64,000 bases of DNA from Minisyncoccota bacterium (GCA_017881075.1 JADGRH010000003.1:682-64681); one strand, 5' to 3'; positions 19,341 through 28,309 are shown, counted from the first letter of the stretch. Translations and numbers: made by a program. Notes: generated by a model from the letters alone, not told the origin.

Positions 19341-19838
19341 ATGCAAGCACAACTGAAACCAGTGGAAAGTAGTGAACGACTAGAGGCTGCGTTCCAAATG
19401 CCACAAAGCCTCACATTCGATACGGAAGTGGCGACTGAGGAAGGTTTATTCGTCTTCCGTGTCTCAGCAAGCCCGATTCACGTCGAGGGCGACTGTCTGC
19501 GGGTAGATGAATTTGCCCTCAGTAAGTCTCGGAAGGTAGAGGTTATGCGCCGAAGAATCGCTAGCTGGATTCCATTTCGCACAGAAGAATACCCCGTTGA
19601 AGTCTGCGAGTGCATCTGGCAAGTCAACGTGCGATCGTGTGGGACGTTCGTTTTGTCGAGTGAGAAGCCGGTAACGGACCGCACTCACTCATTCGGCATC
19701 CGATCGAAGTTCGTTGGAGCTCTGGCGAACCGGAACATTTTGGTTTCCGACACCCTGCTCGACCGCATGATCGGCCCTCTCGAGAGCAAAGCGATGGAGA
19801 TATTGCGGATAGTGAACCGCTTCCCGTCGTTCTCCTGA
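19341..19838 (+). CDS. hypothetical protein encoded in a GC-rich foreign segment (the coding status is uncertain)
   Basis: The 165-codon ORF follows the SD-like AAAGGAAG 6 nt before ATG. Local GC content is about 54% against about 40% in the flanks. Four antisense ORFs of 60 aa or more overlap it, so the open frames may simply reflect GC-richness. Confidence 0.35.
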   Translation: MQAQLKPVESSERLEAAFQMPQSLTFDTEVATEEGLFVFRVSASPIHVEGDCLRVDEFALSKSRKVEVMRRRIASWIPFRTEEYPVEVCECIWQVNVRSCGTFVLSSEKPVTDRTHSFGIRSKFVGALANRNILVSDTLLDRMIGPLESKAMEILRIVNRFPSFS

Positions 19839-19891
19839 TCGGCAACCCCCATCAGCCGGAAACGAGTTAAACAACCGTCCTCAAGGACAGG

Positions 19892-19929
19892 AAACCGCCT
19901 GTCATGTTGAGGGCGGTTTTTCTTTTTTT
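19892..19929 (+). terminator. rho-independent terminator
   Basis: The stem AAACCGCC/GGCGGTTT around the loop TGTCATGTTGAG is followed by TTTTCTTTTTTTG. Confidence 0.7.
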
Positions 19930-19974
19930 GCTTTCAAACCTTAATGGGATTACACTATTCTTAATAAGGTTTCA

Positions 19975-20436
19975 ATGGATAAAAAATTAATCAGAGAAAA
20001 ACTTAGTTGGTACAGAGGAAATATAATTTCAGACGCAACCGTGATAGAGGTGGCTTTAGGTTGGAAACTAAGAACCTATTTTTTCCCTAAAACGAATAGA
20101 CAGGCAGGAATTTTCTATTGGCATATTATAAACACTTCTCATTTCAATTTTGATAGAAAAATCTCTCTCTATGAGCAAATCCCATACTTTCAAAAACTGA
20201 AGCAGTATATGAAAGTAAAAAAATCCTTAAGGTTTGTTCAGCAAATAAGAAATGCGATTGCTCATTGGCAGTTAGACGAATGGGAGAGTAATGAAAATGA
20301 AATTGTTATTTACCACCCAAACCTGTTTAAAAAAATAAGACTGAATGATAAATCCATGACCGAATTCAAAGAGCATGAAAAATATCTTCTCAAAACTTTC
20401 GGTTGGGAACAGACTCTTAAGGAAAAATACGCTTAA
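19975..20436 (+). CDS. small HEPN-domain protein (Rx4H motif), putative RNase toxin / abortive-infection-like
   Basis: The 153-aa AT-rich ORF has the motif QIRNAIAHWQL at residues 92-97 (R-x4-H), the HEPN catalytic signature. It is the last gene inside the element, before attR. Confidence 0.45.
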   Translation: MDKKLIREKLSWYRGNIISDATVIEVALGWKLRTYFFPKTNRQAGIFYWHIINTSHFNFDRKISLYEQIPYFQKLKQYMKVKKSLRFVQQIRNAIAHWQLDEWESNENEIVIYHPNLFKKIRLNDKSMTEFKEHEKYLLKTFGWEQTLKEKYA

Positions 20437-20597
20437 ATGCAATCTCCTATATTCAAAAAGGTTCCAACTTCATCCCACACTCTCCGCCAAGAAAACTTAG
20501 TATTGGCATGACCCGAGTGCCTGGGATTGTGGGGCGATCTGAATAGAAAAACGGAGAGTCAATTTGGACTCTCCGTTTTGAGGCAGAGGATGAGAAA

Positions 20598-20903
20598 TCA
20601 TTTTTTCTCTTTTGGCTTCTCTTTGGGCGGCTTCGGAAGCGTGCTCTCGGAGACAAAAGTATCTTGTGGTTGCTCACCATCTCGCTTGTATTTATCCAAA
20701 GGACTTGGCGGTCCGCCTTTTTTGAACGGGTTAGGCGGTGTTCCGATGATGCCGTGCTTTTTCATGAGTTTCCTTTCGGTTGGCGGTTTGCTATTCATTC
20801 TCAATGCTACCAGAAATTTCCGTGATTGCCAGAAAGTGACCCCGACCCACATACCTCGATTCAATCTCCAAAATGATGCTAAAATAGCCTTACGGGATCT
20901 CAC
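20598..20903 (-). CDS. hypothetical basic Pro/Lys-rich protein
   Basis: The 101-aa ORF is followed on its own strand by the hairpin AAAACGGAGAGTC-AATTT-GGACTCTCCGTTTT at 20548-20580. Confidence 0.3.
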   Translation of the reverse strand: MRSRKAILASFWRLNRGMWVGVTFWQSRKFLVALRMNSKPPTERKLMKKHGIIGTPPNPFKKGGPPSPLDKYKRDGEQPQDTFVSESTLPKPPKEKPKEKK

Positions 20904-20961
20904 TGCACGGGTACCTAACTCGAGTGTCCCGCCAAGAGATAATTGCTCAACTCATTATTAA

Positions 20962-21285
20962 TTGAATAGAGATATAAAAAATATGAATCACGAAAACCCT
21001 GAAAGTTCACCTCTTACACAAGCCATTAATCTAATGCCTACAGAAATGCGTTGTATTGATGAAACGGTTGAGGGTACTTCTTTAACAGCTGATGATATAA
21101 GATTGGTTGCACTCGAACCAAAAATTGAAACAGCTCTACACGCAATGAGAGGCGATGCTATTCGTGTTGGCGATGAAAAAGCTTCCAAAGAAGAAATCAC
21201 TGAATTTGCCAAACTATTAAAAAATAAAGCAACCCAGTATTCTCAACTTGTTGATACTCTAGAAAATATTTTGACTGAGGCCTAA
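20962..21285 (+). CDS. hypothetical protein
   Basis: The 107-aa ORF is acidic and has no motifs. Confidence 0.3.
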   Translation: MNRDIKNMNHENPESSPLTQAINLMPTEMRCIDETVEGTSLTADDIRLVALEPKIETALHAMRGDAIRVGDEKASKEEITEFAKLLKNKATQYSQLVDTLENILTEA

Positions 21286-21297
21286 GTCATCTAAGTC

Positions 21298-21588
21298 ATG
21301 AACTCCATAATCAAACACCCTAGCGCCTGGCTGCCGATAGTGATATCGCTTTTAGTTTTAGCAACAATACTTATTACTATTACCGTATCCGGTCCTCCCT
21401 CACCTCAGCCGGACGAAGGAGTTGGCGCACACCTATTTCAGATCTGGTTAGCTCTAGAAGTTTTAATGATCGCATTTTTCGCAATTCAGTGGCTTCCAAA
21501 GAAACCAGAGGAAGCAGTCTTAGTTCTAGTGATTCAAATCGTTGCCGTACTTGCAGCATGTGCTCCTGTTTTCTATTTTCATTTATAA
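21298..21588 (+). CDS. hypothetical small membrane protein
   Basis: The 96-aa ORF has three predicted TM helices. Confidence 0.35.
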   Translation: MNSIIKHPSAWLPIVISLLVLATILITITVSGPPSPQPDEGVGAHLFQIWLALEVLMIAFFAIQWLPKKPEEAVLVLVIQIVAVLAACAPVFYFHL

Positions 21589-21598
21589 ATTAGGTATT

Positions 21599-22243
21599 TT
21601 AATGTGCCACCACAATAGCAATAACTTTTCTAGCCCCGGCGCGACGAAGGGTGGCGGAGGCCTCTTTTAATGTCGCGCCGGTGGTCGTGACGTCGTCTAT
21701 CAGGATAATGTTGCGGCCACGAATCTTTTCGGAGTTCTTTACTTGAAAAGAGCCGCGGAGGTTTTGAAGGCGTGACGAACGGGGGAGCGAGCTTTGCGGG
21801 GGAGTGTCTTTTGTTTTGACCAAGACTTTTATTTCGAGGGTGAAGATGTTGTTGCGGTCGAGTCGCATCATTTCTTTAGCTAGATTTTCTGTTTGGTTGT
21901 AGCCGCGCGCCTTTTGGCGCGCGGCTGACAATGGTATCGGAATCAGGATCGGCGAAACGAAGTGGCTGAATTGGCTCAAGTCTTCCAATTCAGCCACAAG
22001 TTCCGAGTAAAGTATCTCTGCCAGAAGCCGGCTGACCTTCCGATGATTTCTGTATTTGATCTGCCAGATAGCAGCTCGCACCAAAGGATCTTTATAACTG
22101 AAGATGGCCAGGACGGTTTCCTGTTTTCTCTGAACACTCTTCTCTGCCCGATGGTAAAAATCGGCCACAGAGAGCTCCTCAAGCATTCGCAATTCGCTTG
22201 ATCGGGGCAGGAAGAGGTCGATTAGATTTCGCCACCAGAGCAT
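21599..22243 (-). CDS. comF: ComF-family protein (phosphoribosyltransferase domain, competence-associated)
   Basis: The C-terminal PRTase motif is NIILIDDVTTTGATL. The length and context match ComFC, adjacent to the pilus genes. Confidence 0.75.
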   Translation of the reverse strand: MLWWRNLIDLFLPRSSELRMLEELSVADFYHRAEKSVQRKQETVLAIFSYKDPLVRAAIWQIKYRNHRKVSRLLAEILYSELVAELEDLSQFSHFVSPILIPIPLSAARQKARGYNQTENLAKEMMRLDRNNIFTLEIKVLVKTKDTPPQSSLPRSSRLQNLRGSFQVKNSEKIRGRNIILIDDVTTTGATLKEASATLRRAGARKVIAIVVAH

Positions 22244-22313
22244 CTCACCACTCTATCGGATAACCCCTGAAATTATGCTTAAAAATTGATAAAATAATGA
22301 TATAATTTTACGG

Positions 22314-23432
22314 ATGGAGAACCCATTTAAAAACTTCTTGAAAAAAACCGACCGTAGTGTTCTAGGTGTTGATATTGGCACTTCGGCCATCAAGATCGTT
22401 CAATTGCGCAAAAAGAAAGAAGTGGCCGTGCTGGAGACTTACGGTGAATTAGCCCTTGGCCCATATGCCGGTCTTTCTGTTGGCCAAGCTACCAATTTGC
22501 CCCCGGATAAGCTCGCCGAAGCCATCACTGATGTTTTGAGAGAATCCAATACCTCCACTATGAATGCTGGCATCTCCATTCCCTTTCGGTCTAGTCTGGT
22601 TACATTGATGGAATTGCCACCGGTGGCGAGCAAAAAATTGGATGAGATGATCCCGATAGAAGCGCGTAAATATATTCCAGTGCCGATCTCGGAGGTTACT
22701 CTTGACTGGTGGGTCATTCCCAAAGAGGATTCCGCCACTGATTTTGTGGAAGACGACGCGGAATCCGAAGAAAGAAAAAGTAAGACGGATGTGTTAGTTG
22801 TCTCCATTCATAATGAGGTTTTAAACGCTTATACCGACATAGTTAAAAAGGCGGCACTCAATGCCAGTTTTTTTGAAATTGAAATGTTCAGTGCTACTCG
22901 TTCCCTGATTGATCAAGAGCCTTCACCGGTGATGATTTTTGATATGGGTGCTTCATCAACCAAAATTTACATTCTGGACCACGGTATTATCAGAAACTCT
23001 CACATCATTAATAAAGGATCCCAGGAAATCACCCTAAGCATCTCAAAAGGAATGAATTTGCCAATTGCCCGAGCCGAACAAGTGAAGAGAAGTTTTGGCG
23101 GAGGATCTCTAAAACCGGAAGAGGAAAAAAATATTTCGGAAATGGTCTCCCTGACCCTGGATTTTATTTTTTCCGAAGCGAGCGGCGTCCTGCTTAGTTA
23201 TCAGAAAAAATATCAGAAAACTATCAGCAAGGTTGTACTTACCGGTGGGGGCGTAGCACTCTCAGGATTTGTAGAGTTAGCCAAGGCTAATTTCCAGACA
23301 GAGGTGGTGCTCGGGGAACCATTCACCAAGGTGGAAGCGCCGGCCTTCCTGCAGGATGTTCTAAAGGCCACAGGGCTCGAGTTTGCCGTAGCCGTGGGTA
23401 TTGCGCTCCGCAAGCTCCAGGAGATTGATTAG
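22314..23432 (+). CDS. pilM: type IV pilus assembly protein PilM
   Basis: The 372-aa actin-like ATPase fold begins VLGVDIGTSAIKIVQL. It is the first gene of the pilMNO-pilB cluster. Confidence 0.85.
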   Translation: MENPFKNFLKKTDRSVLGVDIGTSAIKIVQLRKKKEVAVLETYGELALGPYAGLSVGQATNLPPDKLAEAITDVLRESNTSTMNAGISIPFRSSLVTLMELPPVASKKLDEMIPIEARKYIPVPISEVTLDWWVIPKEDSATDFVEDDAESEERKSKTDVLVVSIHNEVLNAYTDIVKKAALNASFFEIEMFSATRSLIDQEPSPVMIFDMGASSTKIYILDHGIIRNSHIINKGSQEITLSISKGMNLPIARAEQVKRSFGGGSLKPEEEKNISEMVSLTLDFIFSEASGVLLSYQKKYQKTISKVVLTGGGVALSGFVELAKANFQTEVVLGEPFTKVEAPAFLQDVLKATGLEFAVAVGIALRKLQEID

Positions 23433-23477
23433 GGCTTCATAAGTGCTATAATTATTTTATATTGACCAGCAATTTCC

Positions 23478-24134
23478 ATGGTAGAAAGTAAATTTCAAAC
23501 ATCGTTCATTCCCAAAAAACCGATTGACAGTCGGCCGGCGCCGAGAAGTCGCCGGCCGGCCGGTCTCTTCCGTTTGCTCGCTACCCTTATTTTTTTAATC
23601 AGTCTGGCAGTTTGGGGCGGTATGTTTTTATGGAAAAGCTATCTAAACAATAAGATTGTTGGCGCTCAAGCCAGTCTTCAGGCTAGTCAGCGTGAATTTG
23701 AATCGGGAACGGTTACCACTCTCACCCGTCTGAACAATCGCCTTACTTCTTCTCAAGATATTCTCAATAACCATCTAGCTGTTTCCAAACTCTTTAGCGA
23801 ACTTCAGGCCATGACCCTGAAGAGCGTTCGTTATAACGATTTTAGTCTTGCTTACGCTGGTCCGGATAAGGGCCTCTCTCTGACAATGAAAGGGCAAGCT
23901 CAAAGTTATGCCTCTGTAGCCAAGCAGTCTGATTCATTCAGTCAGAACCGGGATTTTCACAGTCCTATTTTTTCCAATCTTGATCTGGATACAAGTGGCC
24001 GAATCGTTTTCAGTGTTAACAGTACTTTGAATGCCCGCGATTTCATCTATGGTCCGTTAGTAACCGCCGATAATGGAACGGCTTCCACAACCTCAACTCC
24101 GAGCGCCGCCAGTTCCTATTTTAATAATCAATAA
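23478..24134 (+). CDS. pilN: PilN-like pilus assembly protein
   Basis: The 218-aa bitopic protein has an N-terminal cytoplasmic segment, one TM helix and a periplasmic domain. It lies between pilM and the pilO-like gene. Confidence 0.45.
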   Translation: MVESKFQTSFIPKKPIDSRPAPRSRRPAGLFRLLATLIFLISLAVWGGMFLWKSYLNNKIVGAQASLQASQREFESGTVTTLTRLNNRLTSSQDILNNHLAVSKLFSELQAMTLKSVRYNDFSLAYAGPDKGLSLTMKGQAQSYASVAKQSDSFSQNRDFHSPIFSNLDLDTSGRIVFSVNSTLNARDFIYGPLVTADNGTASTTSTPSAASSYFNNQ

Positions 24135-24136
24135 AC

Positions 24137-24691
24137 ATGCGTTCATTTATTTCCATTGCCATGATCGTAGCCGCCGCCGGTGTTTTCTATTTTGGCATTG
24201 ATCCGGCCTACAATAGTGCCGATGGGGGGATAAAGGTTCTCCGAGCGACAGTGGCGGATTATAATACAGCATTAGACAATTCCGCAGAGCTCCGAAAAGT
24301 GCGGGGAGCATTGATCAGTAAATATAATAACTTGGACAAGACCAATCTTGATCGGCTAGCGAAACTTCTGCCAGATGGAGTGGACAACGTCAGGCTCATC
24401 CTGGATATCAACAGCATGGCGGCTAAATACGGCATGAGCATTAAAAATATTAAGATTACTCAGGATAATGTCATAGGAACGGGAGCGACACCGGCCAGTA
24501 ATCAAAATCCAGTTGGATCTATTAAACTTTCTTTTGCCGTAACCACCTCCTATGAGAATTATCTTCAGTTTCTTACTGACATGGAGAAGAGTTTAAGGAT
24601 CGTGGACGTAGTCGGATTATCCTTCGTTACTAATGATAAAGACAATACCGTCACTTACACCACCATTTTGCAAACCTATTGGCTCAAATAA
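24137..24691 (+). CDS. pilO: PilO-like pilus assembly protein
   Basis: The 184-aa protein has an N-terminal TM helix and coiled-coil, in the expected synteny. Confidence 0.45.
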   Translation: MRSFISIAMIVAAAGVFYFGIDPAYNSADGGIKVLRATVADYNTALDNSAELRKVRGALISKYNNLDKTNLDRLAKLLPDGVDNVRLILDINSMAAKYGMSIKNIKITQDNVIGTGATPASNQNPVGSIKLSFAVTTSYENYLQFLTDMEKSLRIVDVVGLSFVTNDKDNTVTYTTILQTYWLK

Positions 24692-24694
24692 TTT

Positions 24695-25096
24695 ATGATC
24701 GAAGCAATTAAAAAATATAAAAGACCTCTAACAATCATCGCTGTTTTATTCATTGCCTTTCTTGTTTATAGTTATTTTAAGGGGGGGAGTAATACTAACA
24801 ATAATGTCTTAACAGTTTCCAATCCGAGCGGTGGAACTAATAGTGCTCTGGCCCAACAATTTTTTAATCAACTCCTAACCCTCCAAAAGCTCAATCTGGA
24901 CGACCGTATTTTTGCCGACCCCCGCTTTCAGAATCTGGAGGATTTCGGCCAACCCCTCCCTGATGAGCCGCAAGGCAGACCCAATCCTTTTGCTCCGATT
25001 GGGGTGGATGTTTCCTACAGTCCAACGATAGGGAGTTCCACAGTTCATACTTATAATCTAAACTTCACCTCTTCCACTAGCTCTTCTTCGCAATAA
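24695..25096 (+). CDS. hypothetical membrane-anchored protein in the pilus cluster
   Basis: The 133-aa protein has an N-terminal TM helix and an S/T-rich tail. Confidence 0.3.
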   Translation: MIEAIKKYKRPLTIIAVLFIAFLVYSYFKGGSNTNNNVLTVSNPSGGTNSALAQQFFNQLLTLQKLNLDDRIFADPRFQNLEDFGQPLPDEPQGRPNPFAPIGVDVSYSPTIGSSTVHTYNLNFTSSTSSSSQ

Positions 25097-25111
25097 TCAC
25101 CAAAATCAATA

Positions 25112-26833
25112 ATGAGTTTCTTAGAAACACTAGCGGACAAAAGCCTTATTTCCCCAGATGAAATTGAGGGGATTAAAGATGAGGCTAGAACAGAAGGTAA
25201 AAGCATTGACGAGGTTTTAAGAGAAAAGGGTATTTCACCTGAGGAAATTCTAAAAGCCAAGGGCGAATATCTCCAGATTCCAGTCAGGGCACTGAACGGT
25301 CGGGAAGTGCCCTTTGAAATTATGAAGTATATTCCGGAAGAATCCGCCCTCCATTACAAGATTATTCCCCTGGGGCTCGCGGATGGAGTGTTGGAAGTGG
25401 GCTTGGTGGAGCCGGACAACATTGAGGCTCGTGATGCTCTGAATTTTATTTCCTCTAAAAACAATTTACCGTTCAAAATCTTCATCGTCAGTGAAGAAGA
25501 TTTTGAACACGTCCTTGCTTCCTACAAAGGATTTTCCGGAGAAGTGACCAAGGCTCTTACCGAACTTGAGGGGGATATGTCAGCCGAAGAGATTGAGATT
25601 GAAAAATTACAGAAAGAAAAAGTACCCCAAAAAGGGCATCAAGCCAATATCATTGAAGATGCTCCGGTGACGAAAATAGTGGCTACTATCTTACGCTACG
25701 CTCTGGATGGTGAGGCCTCCGACGTTCACATTGAACCGATGAGAGATAAGGTCCGAGTCCGTTTTAGAATGGATGGCCTTTTGAATACATCACTAATTTT
25801 ACCGCCCAATGTTCATCCGGCGGTAGTGGCCAGAATCAAAATCCTTTCTGATATGAAGCTGGACGAGAAACGAAAGCCTCAGGACGGCCGTTTCAGCGCC
25901 AGGATTGAGGGCCGAAAAATAGATTTTCGTGTTTCCACTTTCCCTGCCTACTATGGGGAGAAGGTCGTAATGAGAATTCTGGATCAGGAGAAAGGAGTCA
26001 GAAAGCTCGATTCCATGGGACTTTCAAAGCGCAACTATGAACTGATCGTTGAGGCCATCGACCGACCATACGGCTTAATTCTCATTACCGGTCCGACTGG
26101 TTCCGGAAAAAGTACCACCCTCTATTCCATGTTGAATGAAATTGACCGGGAAGGCATGAACGTCCTCTCTCTGGAAGATCCGGTCGAATATAATATTGAT
26201 GGGGTCAGTCAGTCACAAGTGCGTCCGGAGATCGGCTACACTTTTGCTACCGGTCTTCGTACCACTTTGCGTCAGGATCCGGATGTAATTATGGTCGGAG
26301 AAATTCGCGACAAGGAAACAGCGGCACTGGCTGTTCAAGCCGCTCTTACCGGTCACTTAGTGCTTTCCACCCTTCACACCAACACTGCCATGGGCGCCAT
26401 TCCTCGTTTAATTGATATGGGTATTGATCCTTATCTCATTGCTCCTACTCTCATTCTTACTATGGCCCAAAGACTGGTTGCCCAGATCTGTCCCGGCGGC
26501 GGTAAAGAGATTCCGATCGAGGGTAGTCTTAAGATGAGGATTGACAAGATATTTGAAGATCTACCGGATAAATACAAAGAGGAAATTCCGAAAGTGAAAA
26601 CAGTCCTTGAAGCTACTCCAACAGAGGAGTGTCCGAAAGGAACCCGCGGCCGCATTGCCGTCTGTGAAGCTTTCAAGATGGACAAAGAATTAGAAGAAGC
26701 CATCCTAAAGGATCCGACCGAATTAAATCTGACTAAGATTCTGCGCAGTAAAGGAATGCTTACAATGAAAGAGGACGCCATTCTTAAGGCTTTCCGCAGA
26801 GAGATCCCCTTTGAAGAAGTGAACAAACTATAA
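25112..26833 (+). CDS. pilB: type IV pilus assembly ATPase PilB (GspE family)
   Basis: The 573-aa protein has a GspE N-domain, Walker A GPTGSGKST, Asp and His boxes, and the tetracysteine motif CPGGG...C. Confidence 0.9.
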   Translation: MSFLETLADKSLISPDEIEGIKDEARTEGKSIDEVLREKGISPEEILKAKGEYLQIPVRALNGREVPFEIMKYIPEESALHYKIIPLGLADGVLEVGLVEPDNIEARDALNFISSKNNLPFKIFIVSEEDFEHVLASYKGFSGEVTKALTELEGDMSAEEIEIEKLQKEKVPQKGHQANIIEDAPVTKIVATILRYALDGEASDVHIEPMRDKVRVRFRMDGLLNTSLILPPNVHPAVVARIKILSDMKLDEKRKPQDGRFSARIEGRKIDFRVSTFPAYYGEKVVMRILDQEKGVRKLDSMGLSKRNYELIVEAIDRPYGLILITGPTGSGKSTTLYSMLNEIDREGMNVLSLEDPVEYNIDGVSQSQVRPEIGYTFATGLRTTLRQDPDVIMVGEIRDKETAALAVQAALTGHLVLSTLHTNTAMGAIPRLIDMGIDPYLIAPTLILTMAQRLVAQICPGGGKEIPIEGSLKMRIDKIFEDLPDKYKEEIPKVKTVLEATPTEECPKGTRGRIAVCEAFKMDKELEEAILKDPTELNLTKILRSKGMLTMKEDAILKAFRREIPFEEVNKL

Positions 26834-26846
26834 TAGAATAGAGTCT

Positions 26847-27233
26847 ATGCCTAAATACAAAATCCTATTAGTGGATGATGACAAGTTTCTCCTTAATATG
26901 TATGCCATGAAGTTTCAAAAGGAGGGCCTGGAAATCTTTACAGCAACCGATGGGGCGGTAGCTCTTCAACGACTCCAAGAAGGTTTGTCTCCCGATGTAA
27001 TTCTACTCGACATTATTTTACCCACTATGGATGGCCTGAAATTTCTGGAGGAATTACGTAAAAAGAAATTAGTGCCAAATGCGGCGGTTATTCTCTTAAC
27101 CAATCAAAGTGAGTCCACCGACATTGAAGAAGCCAAGAAGCTTGGAATTGACGGCTATATTGTCAAAGCGACCACCATCCCTTCAGAAGTTTTAAATGAA
27201 GTAATGAAAGTTTTAAAAGCCCGTAAGGTTTAA
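26847..27233 (+). CDS. CheY-like response-regulator receiver (PilH/PilG-like)
   Basis: This is a 128-aa receiver domain only (ILLVDDDKF...LLDIILPTMDG...K), sitting between pilB and pilT. Confidence 0.8.
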   Translation: MPKYKILLVDDDKFLLNMYAMKFQKEGLEIFTATDGAVALQRLQEGLSPDVILLDIILPTMDGLKFLEELRKKKLVPNAAVILLTNQSESTDIEEAKKLGIDGYIVKATTIPSEVLNEVMKVLKARKV

Positions 27234-27238
27234 AAAAT

Positions 27239-28300
27239 ATGGATTATAAAAAAGAACTGGACGATTTAATTACCACCGTCATTCGAGAAGGAGGGTCGGA
27301 TTTGCACCTTTCGGAAAATCGTCATCCAACCATCCGAGTCTCTGCCGAGCTGATTCCTTTGGTAAAAAAAGAACTTCTTACCAGTAAAGATACCTCTGCC
27401 TTTTTGGATATTTTGCTCTCCCCCGCAAATAAACAGCGCTTTCTGGAAATGAAAGAAGTGGACTTCTCCTATAATTTTAATGCTCAAGCTCGGTTTCGGG
27501 GAAACGGTTTTTTCCAACAAGGGAAAGTCAGTATTGCCCTCCGATTGATTCCAAAGGCTATTGCGACCATCGCTGAACTCCAGCTTCCTCCGGTTCTGGA
27601 AACTTTTTCCCGAAAGAAGCAGGGGTTTTTCTTAGTTGTCGGTCCGGTGGGGCAGGGCAAGACCACCACTTTGGCCTCTCTGATAGAACTGATCAATCAA
27701 GAGAGGGCGGAACACATCATTACCATTGAAGATCCTATTGAGTACGTCTATGAGCAGAAAAAATCTATTATTGATCAGCGGGAGGTGCGAGTAGATACTG
27801 CCGATTTCCATATTGCTCTGGCTAGCGTTTTACGCGAAGATGTCAATGTCATTCTTCTTGGAGAAATGAGAAATCCGGAGACGATGGCGGCGGCTGTCAC
27901 CGCCGCCGAAACCGGCCACCTTGTCTTTTCCACCTTGCACACCAATAATGCCGGCCAAACCATTGACCGCATCATTGATTCATTTCCAGCCGAGCAGCAA
28001 AATCAAATTCGGGTGCAATTGGCCGGAACTCTCTCTGGTGTATTTTCGCAACGGTTGGTACCAAGAATTTCCGGTGGTCTCATTCCCATCTATGAATTAC
28101 TGATTGCTAATTCTGCCGTGGCTAATCTTATTCGTGAAAAGAGGACCCATGAGATCAATACAGTGGTGGAGACGAGCTCGGAGGAAGGAATGATTGACAT
28201 GAACCGTTCCATTGTGGAGCGCGTGCGAGCCGGAGAGATAACCATTGAAAACGGATATAGACACTCATTTAATCCGAAGATATTGGAGAAAATGTTATAA
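27239..28300 (+). CDS. pilT: twitching-motility / pilus retraction ATPase PilT
   Basis: The 353-aa protein has Walker A GPVGQGKTTT and a PilT-type C-terminus. Confidence 0.9.
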   Translation: MDYKKELDDLITTVIREGGSDLHLSENRHPTIRVSAELIPLVKKELLTSKDTSAFLDILLSPANKQRFLEMKEVDFSYNFNAQARFRGNGFFQQGKVSIALRLIPKAIATIAELQLPPVLETFSRKKQGFFLVVGPVGQGKTTTLASLIELINQERAEHIITIEDPIEYVYEQKKSIIDQREVRVDTADFHIALASVLREDVNVILLGEMRNPETMAAAVTAAETGHLVFSTLHTNNAGQTIDRIIDSFPAEQQNQIRVQLAGTLSGVFSQRLVPRISGGLIPIYELLIANSAVANLIREKRTHEINTVVETSSEEGMIDMNRSIVERVRAGEITIENGYRHSFNPKILEKML

Positions 28301-28309
28301 AAATAAGTC

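Larger units (their letters stand above)
15453..20487. mobile_element. about 5-kb integrated element at the tRNA-Ser 3' end, encoding a serine recombinase, a rolling-circle Rep and cargo
   Basis: The 15-nt direct repeat TCYCACACTCTCCGC occurs at 15453-15467 (the tRNA 3' end) and again at 20473-20487, with 14 of 15 identical and an exact 12-mer CACACTCTCCGC. A recombinase gene directly abuts the tRNA. An HUH Rep gene is present. The interior contains a GC-rich foreign segment. Confidence 0.6.

Noticed and set aside
19464-19874. Four overlapping minus-strand ORFs of 61-74 aa in the GC-rich segment
   Set aside because: Open frames on both strands are expected from local GC-richness and stop-codon depletion. 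They are used only as evidence of the compositional anomaly, not as genes.
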